64,000 bases of DNA, taken from contig CM022676.1 in NCBI GenBank assembly GCA_012295275.1, forward strand, positions 9,920,001 through 9,984,000, given 5' to 3'. The notes beneath the pieces were generated by a model. The model was not told the origin of the DNA, did no database searches, and saw only the letters and a list, made by a program, of their open reading frames with translations. Each line of letters opens with the position of its first letter. The stretch's first letter is position 1. Source of the stretch: Chrysomallon squamiferum (taxonomy: Eukaryota > Animalia > Mollusca). Below, piece after piece: positions 28,911-43,721 of the stretch. The position numbers were made by a program, and so were the translations under genes.

Positions 28911-29239
28911 ATTCACAAATAACTCAAAAGAAATTAATTTTCAACAACGCAGTTGTTGTTTTTTTCTTCAGTTCATTCTCATTTGTAATCTCCATTGTTT
29001 GCCTGATACAATGTCTGGTTTCATTTCTTGCGTACCTGACCTGTCGCCGCACTTTTTTGTAAACCTATACCTGACTTAAGGAGCTAATAAATTACGTCTG
29101 ACATAATTGAATTGGGTATCAGCCACGATCCCCAGTGACGTGCAAATTCTCATTTGTAACAGACTTTTACATGTTCGCACGTCAACATGATTCACAAAAT
29201 AATCTTAAACATGATTCTTTCTTTTACATATACAACAAA

Positions 29240-30140
29240 ACATAATCTTTTACACAGGTTTTACATAGTTCTTTAGTCTTTTACATATACTCTAACACAA
29301 ACATGGTCTTTTACACAAAAATAATCTTTACACACGTTTCCATAGTCTTTTACATATACTTTAACACAAACATGGTCTTTTACACAAAAATAATCTTTAC
29401 ACAGGTTTCCATAGTCTTTTACATATACTCTAACACAAACATGGTCTTTTACACAAAAATAATCTTTACACACGTTTCCATAGTCTTTTACATATACTCT
29501 AACACAAACATGATCTTTTACACAAAAATAATCTTTACACAGGTTTCCATAGTCTTTTACATATACTTTAACACAAACATGGTCTTTTACACAAAAATAA
29601 TCTTTACACAGGTTTCCATAGTCTTTTACATATACTTTAACACAAACTTGGTCTTTTACTTAAAAATGATATTTATGTGCATTTATGTTCTTTAGTGTAC
29701 ACATTTATATAAACATGTTCTTTTACGTGATCCTTTACATTTCTTTTACCCACCCCAACTGTTACATATCTTCACATAAACAATCATTTACATTTATGTT
29801 TACATAAACATTTTTCCCAGTTTTCCCACAAACATGATCTTTTACATATATCATAACATACACCTTTATAATAAACATGATCTTTAACATAAACGTGATC
29901 GTTTACACACACTTTTACATAAACTTGATCTTTGACATAACCAGATTTTTTTAATGCACCTTTACATAAACATGATCTTTTACACATAGCTTTACATAAA
30001 CAAGATCTTTAACATACACTTTCACATTCATCATAACATAAATGTAATCTTTACATAATTTCAAATAAACTTAATCTTTACACTCCATTACATAAACATT
30101 ATTTTTGTACAGGTACCTTTACAAAAACATGATCTTTCAC
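29240..30140. repeat. 69-bp minisatellite (~6 near-identical copies, 29240-29660) grading into a degenerate array of its subunits
   Basis: 'acatggtctttt' at 29301 and 29370 gives the 69-bp period, which explains the 23-aa periodic ORFs. Downstream are 'aaacatgatcttttacat' subrepeats. Confidence 0.9.
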
Positions 30141-31989
30141 ATTCTGGCTGTGTTTATCCATGTGTGTGTGTAGTGTTTATCCATGTGTGTGTGTGTGCAC
30201 ATATTAGTAAATTATCCTATCTTTTATTTCATATCAGTAACACACACACACACACACAAAAAACATTTTAAATTCTTCACATTTATTTTATTCAAGGTTT
30301 ATTCAGTTACATATTAACTCCTTCCTTGTATCTATCACATAGACTGTTTAATTTAATTTACATATTACACAGGTCAGTATCTGGTATTTGATTTAAGTGC
30401 TGTGTTACTCATTTCAAACTCCACATTTGCATATTAAATGGTTTTATTACAACATTTCACATCAGCCGTATCTGCACTGCCTAGGTTCATACTCACTTTT
30501 GTTTACACCTGTTCATATTATTTACTAAGTTATTAAAACATTTTTTTGTCTGTCTATGATCTAAATGTAATATTTATCATAATATTTATCATATTGTATT
30601 GCATTGTATTAGAGAAAGGTAGATGCGAATAATTATATAGATTATTAGAATTTATGTATGTGTGCATGTGTGTGTGTGCATGTGTGTCTGTGTGTCTGTG
30701 TGTCTGTGTGTACGTGTAAAATGTAACATGTTACATGTAACACCATCTAAATCAGCCAGATATTGCTTTTATTTCTCCCATCAACACTCACAGTGTTCAA
30801 CACTCGCTATCTGCTTTTAATTATATATTACATGTTAAGTATTAGCCCCGTATCTGCATACCTAGAGCTCATCGTTGTGTAACAGGATCTAAGAAAATCT
30901 GATCACTCACACCCCTGTGTTACATACAGCGTGATATAACACAGACACGTGTTACCTCTCTGCTGTCAGCAAGTTGTTAAAAAAAAAACATGTCTGGATG
31001 CTGAATCACCTGCCCTGAACTTAATTACAAAATATAATTTAACGATATTTGCGAAATACCTGGACAGTCCTCACTTCTTGGCTCTCAGCTGTTGCCAGGG
31101 TTATAGGGGTGTCTCCCGCTTGCTGCCATGGTTACAGGTATGGTAGATATGAATATTTATGTGGTCACATGGTGTTTATGTGTGTTGCTGGTGGTTGTGA
31201 CATAACGGAAGTGTACAGTGAAACAGGACAGTGTATTAAAGTTTTGTAGTTGTTGCAGTTTTTATTACTGTCTTTAATTTGTTTCTGTATGTTTGTGTTT
31301 GTGTTTATGTCTGTGTGTGTGTGTGGGTGGGTGGGGGTGTAAATTTATAGTTATTTTAATTGTTGTTGCTGTCTCTTATTTGTTTTTGGGGTTTTGTGTG
31401 TGTGTGAAAGATGTGTTAATATATATATAATTGGAAATAGACATTTTTTATAACTTACTTTTGTATTTATTATTATATTTTTTAATATTCAGTGTTAAGT
31501 TCATTTATAAAGTTTATATTGACACTGTGTCAGAATATAACGATAGAGATAAAAAAAGAAAAAAAAGAACTAAATAAAGACAAAATCACAATCATGCTAT
31601 GCTAATCATTTTAAACAGACTAGCTTGAAAAAAATTGATAGTCACAAAATTTAAAAAATTATATAACCTCATTAATGATTTAGTAGCAGAGGGTGAGAAT
31701 ACAGATTATTAAAATATTCTAAAGAAAAAAAAATGATAGGAAAATAAAAACAATAAATTCATGAATAATTTAGTGCCATAAGTTTGAAAAATATTTATTA
31801 AAAAAAAAATCTAGAAAAATGATAGCAAAATATTCCTAAATATTAGAAGAAAAATTCCCCAAAATAACAGATTTAATTTAAAAAGAAAAAGATAAAGGAA
31901 TATCTATTTTGTAATAAATAAAAAAAATAATAACAACAACAATAACACTAACAATCAACTGTTTATCTATCTTTTTACAGATTTAAGTA

Positions 31990-32060
31990 CATTCCTTCCT
32001 GTCTGTGGGAGGGTGTGTGTAAAAGATTACTTTCTGCTACCACTAAGTAGCCTGTTAAAA
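31990..32060 (+). mobile_element. SINE core fragment
   Basis: 'tcctgtctgtgggagggtgtgtgtaaaagattactttctgcta..agtagcc' is the sense version of the motif seen antisense at ~18370 and ~39985. Confidence 0.45.
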
Positions 32061-33849
32061 TATATCAATGATGAAAAAAACTGATTTACACCTAAATGTC
32101 CTAAAGTGTCAGAAACCAGTTTATTATAATTTATTTCTATTTATTATCTGTGGTAGTAACAAATTTTTAAAATTTTATCTGGTTATTGCATTGTATTGAA
32201 AAAATAAATTCTCTTACAATTTATACGGTCGCTGCATTGCATTGAAAATAAAAACGTCTTCATTATTCACATTCTTAGAAAACATCCTTTTGTGACGCTC
32301 ATTTACTGTTTCAGGATTAACCAATCTTATGTCACGGATTTGCTGTTAAAAACACACCAACAAAGTAATAAACAAAACAAAAACAAAAAAGTAAAATGAA
32401 TAATAAAACAGACTGTTGATGTTTTGATTGGTCATAAATTGCCAGCCTTAGTTGTTACAGCAATTACCATTGGCCACCTGCTGCACCATAAAGCCAATCA
32501 GATTAAAGAATGACTCCTTTGTTTTCATTTGATTGGATAACAATTACGACAGCTTGTTACAGCCTTTGAAGCTGAGCAATAAATGCTTTCTTTGTTGATA
32601 ATAGTCACTGTGGCTGATCCCTTAATTCCAGGGCTGTAAGAAGGTGGTGTGTTTGTTAATAGGGGATTAACTTAAATGCTGTTACAACATGGTCAGCATG
32701 CTTCCAGCAGTTTGTCTGTAGTTGAGACATATATGTGTGTGTGTCTGTGTGTGTGTGTCTAAGTTAGTGTTTGTATTTTTAAATGAGAAGGCAAATTTTC
32801 AACAAACAAGACCTTCTTTTTTGTGTGTCTGTGTGTGTGTCCATACTAGAGGTGGGTAAAATTTAGTTGTTTTAGTATTTGTGTTTTTTAATTAATCCAC
32901 ACACACATAACAGTTCCTTTTTACTTATTTTGTTTTGTTTTGTTGTTTTTTTAACTATATATATGGTACCAATGTTATAAGTGTTTTGTTAAAAATATGT
33001 GAGAAACTTAGTTTATTGGAGACGTGTGTGTGTTTGTGAATATTTATTTAACATGCTTTGTATGTATGTGTGTGTATTGAGATTGTTGTTAGAAACAAAC
33101 AAAACAGAATGATTAAAACCTCAAAGGTTGAAAGGTTGTAAAAGTAATTTGTAAACGAATACGGTCTTGTTTGACAAAATCTGCCTTTTTAAATAGCAAG
33201 TTGGTTTTTCATGAAAATAATAAACTGGCACAAACACACATTTGTAAAAATGGCATACCATGTCTCTCAAGCGAGTTATGACACTAATTCAGCTATCATA
33301 TTACAGTTTTTAAACCATTTAAGCCTAAAACTTTGTCTGGGGGTATATTTTTTTGTATGAACCTTCTTTCTGGTGTTCAAGAGTTTTGCGAAATCTGGGA
33401 AGTGGTGGATAATAATTTTTTTGATTTAGGTGAATAGCTGACATGAAATGATCTCTGAGATAGTTAAGGACAAGAAAATGTTTTTTTTTCTATCACAGGC
33501 TGAAATGGATTTAATGTTTTCTTAAAGGGTTTACACTAATCTCAGAAAGATTAGAAACAGATTTTAAAAATCGCATGTCTTGTGCAGAACTCTGAGGCAA
33601 AATCAGATGTGTCCATAACAAATTTGCCTGACCCCAAATCCACAAAGAAAACAAAATAACAACAAAAGCCCCTCCCAGCAAATTGACAAAGATAATTTCA
33701 TTTATTTTTTGGTTTGATATGATTAAGTAGTGAACAGGTTGTCAAATAAAAATATCATGGATCTGGTGTTAATCTGTCCATCCTTTTATCTGTCCATACT
33801 TCCATCCATCATCTATCCAAAGATCTGTACAACTTTCTTATGTGATTAT

Positions 33850-34000
33850 GAAAGATTTATTTTTAAAAGTGGAAATAAAGTGTCTGTTGCATTATTCAGA
33901 AGGTTTCTTATTCCATTATCTATGTGGTCCTTAACCAGTGTGTTTCATAATGACATAAAATTAATATTAAAAATGGTTTGATTCTGTTGTTACATATAAA
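33850..34000 (+). mobile_element. SINE 3' fragment
   Basis: 'ggtttcttattccattatctatgtggtccttaacca...aaaatggtttga..tgttgtta' resembles the recalled 3' part of the same gastropod SINE. Confidence 0.4.
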
Positions 34001-34022
34001 TTAGTTTCGTTGTTTCCAGTAT

Positions 34023-34114
34023 GTAATAATAATAATTATAATAATAATAATAGCAATAATAATAATGGTAGTATTAGTAATAATATTAATAAAGCTAGTG
34101 GTAATAATAATGAT

Positions 34115-34173
<59 letters not shown>

Positions 34174-34252
34174 TTATAATAGCAATAATAATAATGGTAG
34201 TATTAGTAATAATATTAATAAAGCTAGTGGTAATAATAATAATAATAATAAT
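34023..34252. repeat. (AAT)n microsatellite with a duplicated ~60-bp interrupted cassette
   Basis: 'tagcaataataataatggtagtattagtaataatattaataaagctagtggtaataataa' occurs at ~34050 and ~34180. Confidence 0.9.
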
Positions 34253-34310
34253 TAATTAATTAATTAAAGAGTTACTATTTGTCTAATTCTATATTGTTAT
34301 TTCTGTTCAG

Positions 34311-34399
34311 GTTCTTAAGAAAGAAAAATGTTGGAGGCCATCTTCCTGATGAATAGTTCTGGTGTTGTCATGGAAACCTGAATAATTAAATGGATTAAG
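34311..34399 (+). other. Candidate 89-nt non-coding (5'-UTR) exon of the LRR gene
   Basis: ctaat branch-like site, tttctgttcag| acceptor and AAG|gtaagc donor; same strand as the LRR coding exon. Confidence 0.55.
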
Positions 34400-35012
34400 G
34401 TAAGCAATTAGTAATAAATTAACAGTAGGTTTATAATTGTAGTAATTTTTTTATTTATTTTTGAAAATCATATTTAGTTTATAATACTGTTAAATGAGTT
34501 GGCATAATTTGGTGGGTTTTTTTTTTTCAGATTTCAAATTTAAACAAACTATTAAATAAATGTCAAAAGAATGATTTGAGATTTAACAAAGAAAAAATTA
34601 ATTCTATTTTTTTTTTTTACACCTCTAGTTCATATTCAATTTAAAAAAAAATGGAGAAAAATAAAATTATATCTGAAGAAACCATCAGGCGCCATCTGTT
34701 GTTGTTTCATTTGTTATGTTTTTGTTTTTTTTAATTATGTTTAATACTCACTGGTGACATAAATCATTTAGTTCACAGAGGTGAGAAAAAAGCTGAAAAT
34801 GTCCCAGGTTGAAATATAACTTTAGGTTATACTATCCGCCAAAACATATGAAGTTTGTAGGGTTTTTTTTTTTTTTTTTTTAAATTATTTTTCTTTTTTT
34901 GTTTTGTTGTAGACATGCTTCTTATTAATATGTGTAATTCCATAGGATTCAGCAAATTTCGATTCTGCATATACATATTTAATTTAAATTAGCTTTTATG
35001 CTATTAAATGTA

Positions 35013-35043
<31 letters not shown>

Positions 35044-35434
35044 ACTGTATGACTGTATGTATAACTGTATGTGTATGTGTAACATGCATGTGTTTTATGT
35101 ATCTGAATATATGGCTGTGTATAGATGTATGTGTGTACATGTAGCTTTTATATGCCTCCAAGTATAATAATAACAGTATTTGTGATCCAACATTCTCACA
35201 AAATATGAAAGTATTTGGGTCCACATATATGGAATATTTTAGATTTAGATACGTCAAGCTACCAAACACAACCAGATTATGAATAAAACCAGAAAGAAAA
35301 ATGCTCCATGACATTCATACTTACATAGATCCAAACTTAAAGGCACTTCCATTGCTTTAAAAAAAAAAAAAAAAAATTAAATTCTTTTTGAACTACATTC
35401 AAGTTACCCAAAATGACAAGATTATGATTATTCT

Positions 35435-35465
<31 letters not shown>

Positions 35466-36769
35466 CAACTGTTCTGTGACATTTATTCTTACACAGATCC
35501 AAACTTACATGGCAGTTTCATTGCTTATTATTATTTTTTTTTAAATTGTTTTTAGAAATACATTCAGGCTAACAGAAGGAACAAGATTATGGGTATAGTT
35601 GTCGCACATTATTCTGCTGAAAAATACAAATACTCATAGATCCTAGTTAATAGATCCAAACATACATAACAGTTCCTTCGGTTATTATTTATTATTATTA
35701 CTTTTATTTTTATTTTTTGAAGCTACCAAAAAAAACCAGTAAGATAATGGGTACAGTTATCATGCTTTGTTCTTTATAAAAATAGAAATTTTCATCCTGA
35801 CATAAAATATTATCCTATTTACATAGATTTATATTTATGTAGTGATTCCATACTGTATTTTTATTTTATGAAATACATTATGTATCAGACGAGCCCCCAT
35901 AAATAACCAGTTTACAATTTATCAAGCACTATACTGCAGTTCTGAAATCTGTTAAAATTGATTTTAAAATAATGAATATTTATCGCTGTCACATTGTTTC
36001 ATTATCTTCATTACTTACATATTTTATTTTGTACAGAATCTGTAAGTAAACCTCACACTGTAATGAATTTTTAAAATATTCCTCTATTTTTGAATATCCA
36101 TATTAATTCTTGCACATCTTCACTGTTTCATCTTGTTTGTTTATTAGTCATAATCTAGTTTATTAATTAATTAATCTATTTATTTAGGATCATCAAGAAA
36201 GAATAAATACATACATAATTTTAAAAACAGAAATTTTGTTACAGCCAGACTAACATTACGCAATTTATATTAAACTGAATTTAAAGATCAGTGAAATCCT
36301 TTGATCAAAAAATGTTGCAGAAAAATTACAGACATTCTTTGATGCCCACATATCCTACTTTAGGTACATCCATACTTGCACAATTCTTGAATTGCCAAGT
36401 ATTTTTCAATAAACAATTAATGTTTATTCGTTTTAGGGAGATATCACAGACACTATCCTGACATATTTAAACCCTACTTAAAATTTAGCATTTCAATGCC
36501 TTATTATTCAACTTAAGTAGTTGCATCAATATTATTATGACGTTGGAACACACTACATACACTAACCAACATATATATATATACCCCCTGCTTACCTAAA
36601 TACATGTTTACTTAGCAGTTCTGTGGTGTAGTTTTTAAAATTAAACTTGTAATATTATGGCTTTTGTAACTCTAGAACTGTGCAGGTATGACATCTGTAT
36701 GTTTTGATTTATGTTTCTGCAAAATGATCCCTCCACATAAGTTAGGAAACAAACAATGTGATATAAACG

Positions 36770-37565
36770 GTACTGCAGAATACATGATTTGGTTTTAAAG
36801 AGTAACAGTTTTATTGAAGTATGAAATTTCACAGTATGAAACTGCTATAATGTACATCTAGCTTGAAATGACTGTGATACAAAGAGTACTGCAGAATACA
36901 CACGATTCTATTTAAAGAGTAACAGTTTTATTGAAGTATGAAATTTCACAGTATGACATGAAATGACTAAATGACTGTGTGATGTAAATAAAGAATTACT
37001 TTTTCATTGAAATGTGAAATTTTGCAATACAAACTTTGTCATGTTCTATTTAAAGATGTAAATAGTTTTATTAACTGTTTCATTGAAATTTCATGTATCA
37101 AACTTTTGTCATGTAGATCTAGCTTGAAATGACTGTGTGATAAAAAGTTTAAGAATAACTGCATTGAATAAATTTTGCACAAACTTTTGTCATTCTGGCT
37201 CCAAATTGTGATGTAAATAGTTTTGAGAATAACATTGAAATTTGAAATTTTGCAGTATTCAAACTTTTGTCATGTAGAAACTCAAAATGACTGTGATGAA
37301 ATTTTTGAGAATATGATTCATTGAAACTTTTTGTTGGTCAAACTTGTTGGTGATGTAGATCTAACTCAAATGACTGTGTGATGTAAATAAGTTTAAGAAT
37401 AACTGTTTTATTGAAATGTGAAATTTTGCAGTATGTATCAAACTTTTGTCATGTAGATCTAACTCCAAATGACTGTGTGATGTAAATAAGTTTAAGAATA
37501 ACTGTTTTATTGAAATGTGAAATTTTGCAGTATGTATCAAACTTCTGTCACGTAGATCTGGCTCC
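36770..37565. repeat. ~100-bp tandem repeat, partly degenerate
   Basis: 'aaatgactgtgtgatgtaaataagtttaagaataactgttttattgaaatgtgaaattttgcagtatgtatcaaactt' is near-identical at 37368 and 37467, with degenerate copies upstream. Confidence 0.85.
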
Positions 37566-38293
37566 AGTTTCTGCCGTCTGCCACAATGAAAAATAACCGA
37601 CCCTCAGGCTTTCCTTGGAGGAGGTTCTTCTTTTCTTGTCCAGGCTGTAAAATCTATTGAGAGTTAAGATGAGACCCTGAGACAAGAACAATGATACAGT
37701 CACAATCAGTAGTTGTGGGTTTATTGTGGCACTTTTATTGTTTTCACACATTCTCACCATCCTCCAGTTGCCATGGAACACGCTTTGTGTTAGTTAGTTA
37801 CATCCTTGTAGGATAAAAGGTTTCTGTTTTTATTTCATTTCGTTTTCTTTGTAGTGTAGGAAAAATTCAGTCAATACATATTTTAAAATAAGGAAGATGA
37901 TAAAGATTTATTGCTGTGGACTATTGAATTGTAGGCAACAGAAGTAGGACCAATGAAATATTATCTGGTTGAATATCAAATTCTTCGTCTAATAAAGATG
38001 GAATCTGGAAAGTAATAAATGCAGTAAAAAAAATAATATAATGAAACACAATACCATTAATATGAGCAAGTTCATTCCATCAGGGGAAGTTGATCTTTCT
38101 GCATGTATTTGGATAAGTGTGTGTGTTTGTACAAAAACATATATATACACACATTACACACATAGATACATACATACATGTACATAAATGTGTGTGTGTG
38201 TGTGTGTGCATGCATGCAGACACACAACTAGGCACACACACACACACTTATACATTCACTTTTACATTCCCCACATGCATGCATGCACACATG

Positions 38294-38337
<44 letters not shown>

Positions 38338-38689
38338 ACATAAACACAGACACACACACACACAGACACACACACACACACACACACAGGCTTTGCAACC
38401 AACAGACTATTATTCCCTGTTTTTCTCTGTCCATAATGGGTTTCCTATCTCGTGCCACCGATATTCAGAAACAGAATATTTGATTCTAATCATTAACATT
38501 AAAGTGAAATGAGTATTTACAGAGTCTGGACTGGACTCAGAACCAACAACAATAATAATAAGAGAGACAAACAAAGGTCACTTTATTCTCAGTTGGTCGT
38601 TGTGGCTTTTGTGCGGTGCTTTTATCGTTTTCACCTGCCCATTTATTTATTCATCGGTCGTGTTTGCCAATGTCAGAAAGATATTTGAA

Positions 38690-38920
38690 TATTATTATTG
38701 TGTGATATTTTATTTATTCTTGACAGATTATAAATATTTTAATTATATTAAGATCTGTGATATTTATTTATATAATTTTACATTTTTTTTTTTTTTAACA
38801 GTTTATAAATATTTTAATTATATTGAGATCTGTGATATTCATTTATATAATTATACTTAATTTTTTAAATTATTTAACAGTTTATAAATATTTTAATTAT
38901 ATTAAGATCTGTGATATTTG
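38690..38920. repeat. Three-copy ~75-bp tandem repeat
   Basis: 'ttataaatattttaattatatt(a/g)agatctgtgatatt' three times. Confidence 0.8.
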
Positions 38921-39869
38921 CTGATATTTGAAAGAAATGCATCATATTGATTTATTTTATTTTATTTTACTTAATTTTGTTTATTATTTATCAGTATAAA
39001 TATAAATATTTTAATTTGATTAAAATTGGACTTGATGTTTGCAAATGTCAGTAAGAAATATGTATGTTACAGTGAAATTTTATTTATTGACATCCATATT
39101 TTTATTATTTTAATTTTTTAAAATCAAACCTGACATATGTTGACATTGAGAAGAAATACATCATTTAATTTACTGTTAAATATCATTTATTAATGCCTAG
39201 ATTATAAATTTTTCAATTGTATTAAAACCAAACATGATCTAAAGAAGAAATACATATTATATTATAAATGAAATTTTTATTTATTAATGTCGAGATTACA
39301 AATATTTGAATTGTATTAAGATAAAAAAGTGATTGTATCTGAGATAGGCACAGAATAGAGTACAGTGGCAGGTGCTAGTTAATTACAGGTGAGAGAAAAA
39401 GTGAAACAGGTGTTAAAAAGATACAGGTGAGATAAAACTGAAACATGTTAAAGAGGATATTGGTAAAATGAAGAATGAAATGTGAGATAGAAAATGACAT
39501 GGACGTTTAGAAGTTATATATAAATTTTTTTTTTTTTTAAATTAAACATGTTAAGTAGATAGAATTAAATAATAATAATAATCAAAGAAATGAAATTGAT
39601 TAAAAACATGTTTTAATTATATTCAGGTGTTTAAGTCATCATAGGTAATCTGTACAAGGAAAGTTAAAAAAACAAAAAAAAACCTGAATTTGGAACTGGA
39701 AAAAGTCGTAGAGTAGATAAGTAAGTTTATATAGCATAATGAAGTGTTTTAACAAATACCAAATAACTCGTTAATCAAAGTCTGTGGTATGTGCTTACAT
39801 GGCTGTCGGACCTCCGAATTACCATAAATGTTAAAATGAAGAAGAAGATGATTATAACAATGATGTCAT

Positions 39870-40140
39870 GCATTAATGAAACACTCAACAGATTTTTAAT
39901 TTATGTATCATAAATAATGTCAAAATCATAAAAATAAAAAAAAAAAAAACTAACTTCATCTTTAAAAATCATATTTTTCTGTTAGCAGAACATGATCTTA
40001 CATATATACCCTCTCATAAACAGCAAAACACTTATTATGTTTTTTTTTTAATAAACCAATGAGGGGTAACTGATGTAGGCAGGATTTGTAACATTTGAAT
40101 GTACAGGGAATTGATCCCACAACCTGAGGTTCCACACTGA
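39870..40140 (-). mobile_element. Near full-length decayed tRNA-SINE, antisense
   Basis: Ordered blocks 'ttaatgaaacactcaacagatttt', 'ttagcagaacatgatcttacatatatacc' and 'gggaattgatcccacaacc' (reverse B-box-like) follow the recalled SINE order. Confidence 0.45.
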
Positions 40141-42573
40141 AAGCATTAAGCTACATCTTGACATTAAAACATGTTGAAACTTTCGCATGACAACACAAAG
40201 GTCATCAGTTGTTTGAAACAAACGTTGACTGGACGAACACAAGACGGAGAATAAACTGCTGACTGTTGTGCAGTTAATTCCAACGTTGACAAAAGTTCTC
40301 TTTAAAACTGCATCAGTCAACAGACTGAGCCTGTCTGACATCACGTTTGTCTTCATCTTCCTGGTGAGGAGAACATTTCACTGTTTGTTGACAGACTCCG
40401 TGGTAAACTCAAACACGGATTGTCTGATGTGTGTCTGAGCTGAAAGCTTCTTCAGAGTGTTTCCAGGATGCACGTTTGTTCCTTTGTTGAGTTACTTTAG
40501 ATGGGGGTGAAAAAAAAAGAAAAGGAAAAAATAGTAAAAAGGGAAAACAGATTGAACTGACTTGGTTTGAAACTGTTTTTATTATTTTTGTGGTTTTATT
40601 ACTTTCTTTAAAAAACTTTATTTATTTATTTATTTTGTTGTTATTTTTTTTTTTTTTTTAGTTTTATGTGTTTTTTAATTTTATTTTTTTATTTTTATTT
40701 TTTTTTTGATGCTTTTTAGTTCTTTTGTTTTAAACATTAAATATTATTTTTTTTTTTAATTTTCGAAAGGAAACAAAGATGTTTCTAGGTAACCAAAAAT
40801 TTATTAATTTTTAATTCTTCTTTTCATTCTTCTTCTTTTTTTCCTTTTTTCCTTTTTCTTTTTTAATCTATATAAAAACAACAACAGAAAAAAAAAAAAA
40901 AAAAGACCCCAACTTCAAATATTTGAAAAATGTTAAAGTCGCAGAATGACACACTGTTAACAGACAGTTAATGATGATGTCATACAATCAAGAGATGTAT
41001 GAATAATGAGAATGGAAACAGCTGGCACACAATGAAGTATTAATTTTTTTTATATGCCTTCTCATTGCTTGGAACAAAGAAATATTCAACACTTTTTTAA
41101 TCTAAAATTAATGACATCATACATAATAGCTGGATGGCACCAAGCAAAGTAATTCTTCAGACAGCAACAAGGAATCCTTGTATACACACTTTCCCAAGCA
41201 ATGAATAAAGACATCAATACTCTACAGTTAATGATGACATACACGTAGTGAAAAACCATAGAAACTGTGATGATACACAATGAAGTATTTTTTCATACCA
41301 AGCCACTTTCTGGATAGACTATGATCCACTCAAATGTTGTCTTTGTTAGTTAGGGATTGTGTATCAGTTAGATTTATTTACCCTCGTGGTCAATAATCCT
41401 TTGAGAAACCTCTTGAATGAATGAATTCTTCTTTTTTTTTTCCTCCAGTTAACAATAAGAAATCTATTAAAGCAATCTTCCCTTAAAAAGGAAATCATGT
41501 ATACCACTATTTTTTGAGAGAAAAAAAACCCTTTGACTTGATTTGATTGCAATTGGAAATAGCCAGTGGTGAGGTTTGATCCCTTGGCATGGCTTGGGCA
41601 CAAATGGAAATAGCCAGTGGTGAGGTTTGATCCCATGGCATCGTGAACAAGTATTGATCATGTGGTTTATAATGTTAACAAGAAGCATAAAATCATCAAG
41701 CCAAAGCCCGCTCACATAACATTCAAAATTATTAGTACTCAACTTCAGAGAAATTGTTTTGATCATTTGATGTATGTTAAGACTTAGGACGATGAACCAT
41801 CATAAAATTGAGACAACTGAGTCCAGATTTTATAGTCTACCTTACTGTTCTGTGATTTTTTTTATACAAAGAAATCAGGGATTTTATTTATTTTTTTTTT
41901 TTTTTTTTGTATTTTATTTATTGTCGTTTTATTCTTACATTATGCTTTATTTATTTCTCTTTTTTATTTATTATTTATTTTTTTTTTTTTATTATTATTC
42001 TTTTAAATTTTTTTTTTTTTTTATTTTGCATGTGTGTGTATGGGTGGTGTTAGTGATATTTTTAATAACAATGGTATGATTATACAGAACTTGTTTCTGT
42101 TGTTTCTTTGGCTATTTTCTATGTTAGCAGCAAAGGTTTTTATTAGTTTTGTTTGGTTTACATCTTTAACATGCAGGGAAACACATACCATAAACTTTCA
42201 TGAATGGGAAGTGACACAGTGAGTTAGTTAACTGAAGAAGATTAGTTAAATTATAATCATGATAATTATTTCTATTACTACTACTATTACTACACCTATT
42301 TCTACTACACTGCTACTGCTACTACCACTACTACCACCACAACTGCTGCTGCTACTACACTCCACTCCACTATGCATTGCTACTACTACTCCTCTTCTTC
42401 CTATTACTGCTACTACTACTACTACTAGTCTTCCTATTACTGTCCCTACTACTACTACTGTTACTACTGCTACTCCTGCTGATACTGCTATTGCTATTAC
42501 ACCTACTTCTGTTTTATTTTTATTACTATTACCATTATTATTATTACTGCCATTGGTATTATTGTTGTTACTA

Positions 42574-42607
<34 letters not shown>

Positions 42608-43393
42608 GCCATTATTACTACTATTATCATAATTAGGTTGTTGTTATTATTATTATTATTTTCTCATCAACACCATCATCATCATCATCCTCTTTTTTGT
42701 TGTTATAGTTGCTAGTTGTTAATATCAGATGCCGTCTGAACAGTGAAAACACAATACATAAACACACACCATTAATAGTGTTGTTTGTTCAATCAGGCTA
42801 AACCCTATGACAAACACTGTTGCGTGTATCAAAACAAGAGTTACCTTCTCTAGTGATACTGTACACCGGGGGCTTAGGTTGCCTGACTTATTTCAAAGAG
42901 CGACTTGATTGTAAATAAAGAAGATTTGCAGTCCTCAGTATCTGGCAGCCTTACAATTTAAACATGCCTTTGAATAACTTGCAGCATCTGATCTAGAAGA
43001 CTAACTTCCATTGACGTGCTTTTTTTATTTTTTATCTTTTTTATAAATCTTTCTTTGAAGTAACAGTGGAGAGAGAGAGAGAGAGAGCAAATATTTGGTT
43101 TAGAGTTCTCTCCCCTACTTGGGAATGTTATAATCATTGTCAGTGTAAGTTAATTGCTGTTGATAATTTTGACGTTGTTGTTGTTGTTGTGATTATTTTG
43201 TTGCAGGTAGGTGGGTTAGGTATTGATACGGGTTTGGGTGTGGGTGTTTCCTCGTTTATGGGTGAAGGATAAGCATGTACATTTATATGTGTACATAGTT
43301 GTATGCTTTTTTTGTTTGAGTATGTGTATATATATGTGTGAGTATATTTATATGTATGCATGTTATATATGTGTGTATGTATATGCATATGTA

Positions 43394-43447
<54 letters not shown>

Positions 43448-43449
<2 letters not shown>

Positions 43450-43655
43450 GGGTTGAGGAATAAGTCATTGCAGTTCTTAACTGATTCAAATTTTGTTCCA
43501 AAGGCTTCGAAAAACTTCAGTCAGGGAAGAAGTGGAAAATAACAACAGAGAATACATTATTGATTAAATTACATCTTGTTATCAAGTAAGCTTAACTTTT
43601 GTTCTATGTAATGATTAAATTTAATTTAATCGCAATGACTTATTTCTCAACCCAA
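43448..43655. mobile_element. Mariner-type MITE (~208 bp)
   Basis: TIRs CTGGGTTGAGGAATAAGTCATTGC / GCAATGACTTATTTCTCAACCCAA, with TA on both sides. The TIR resembles the Hsmar1/MADE1-type TTAGGTTGGTGCAAAAGTAATTGCG. Confidence 0.85.
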
Positions 43656-43672
43656 TATATATGTGTGAGTGA

Positions 43673-43721
<49 letters not shown>

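Noticed and set aside
29273-29695. Periodic 130-aa and 66-aa ORFs
   Set aside because: Products of the 69-bp minisatellite, with no splice or promoter context.
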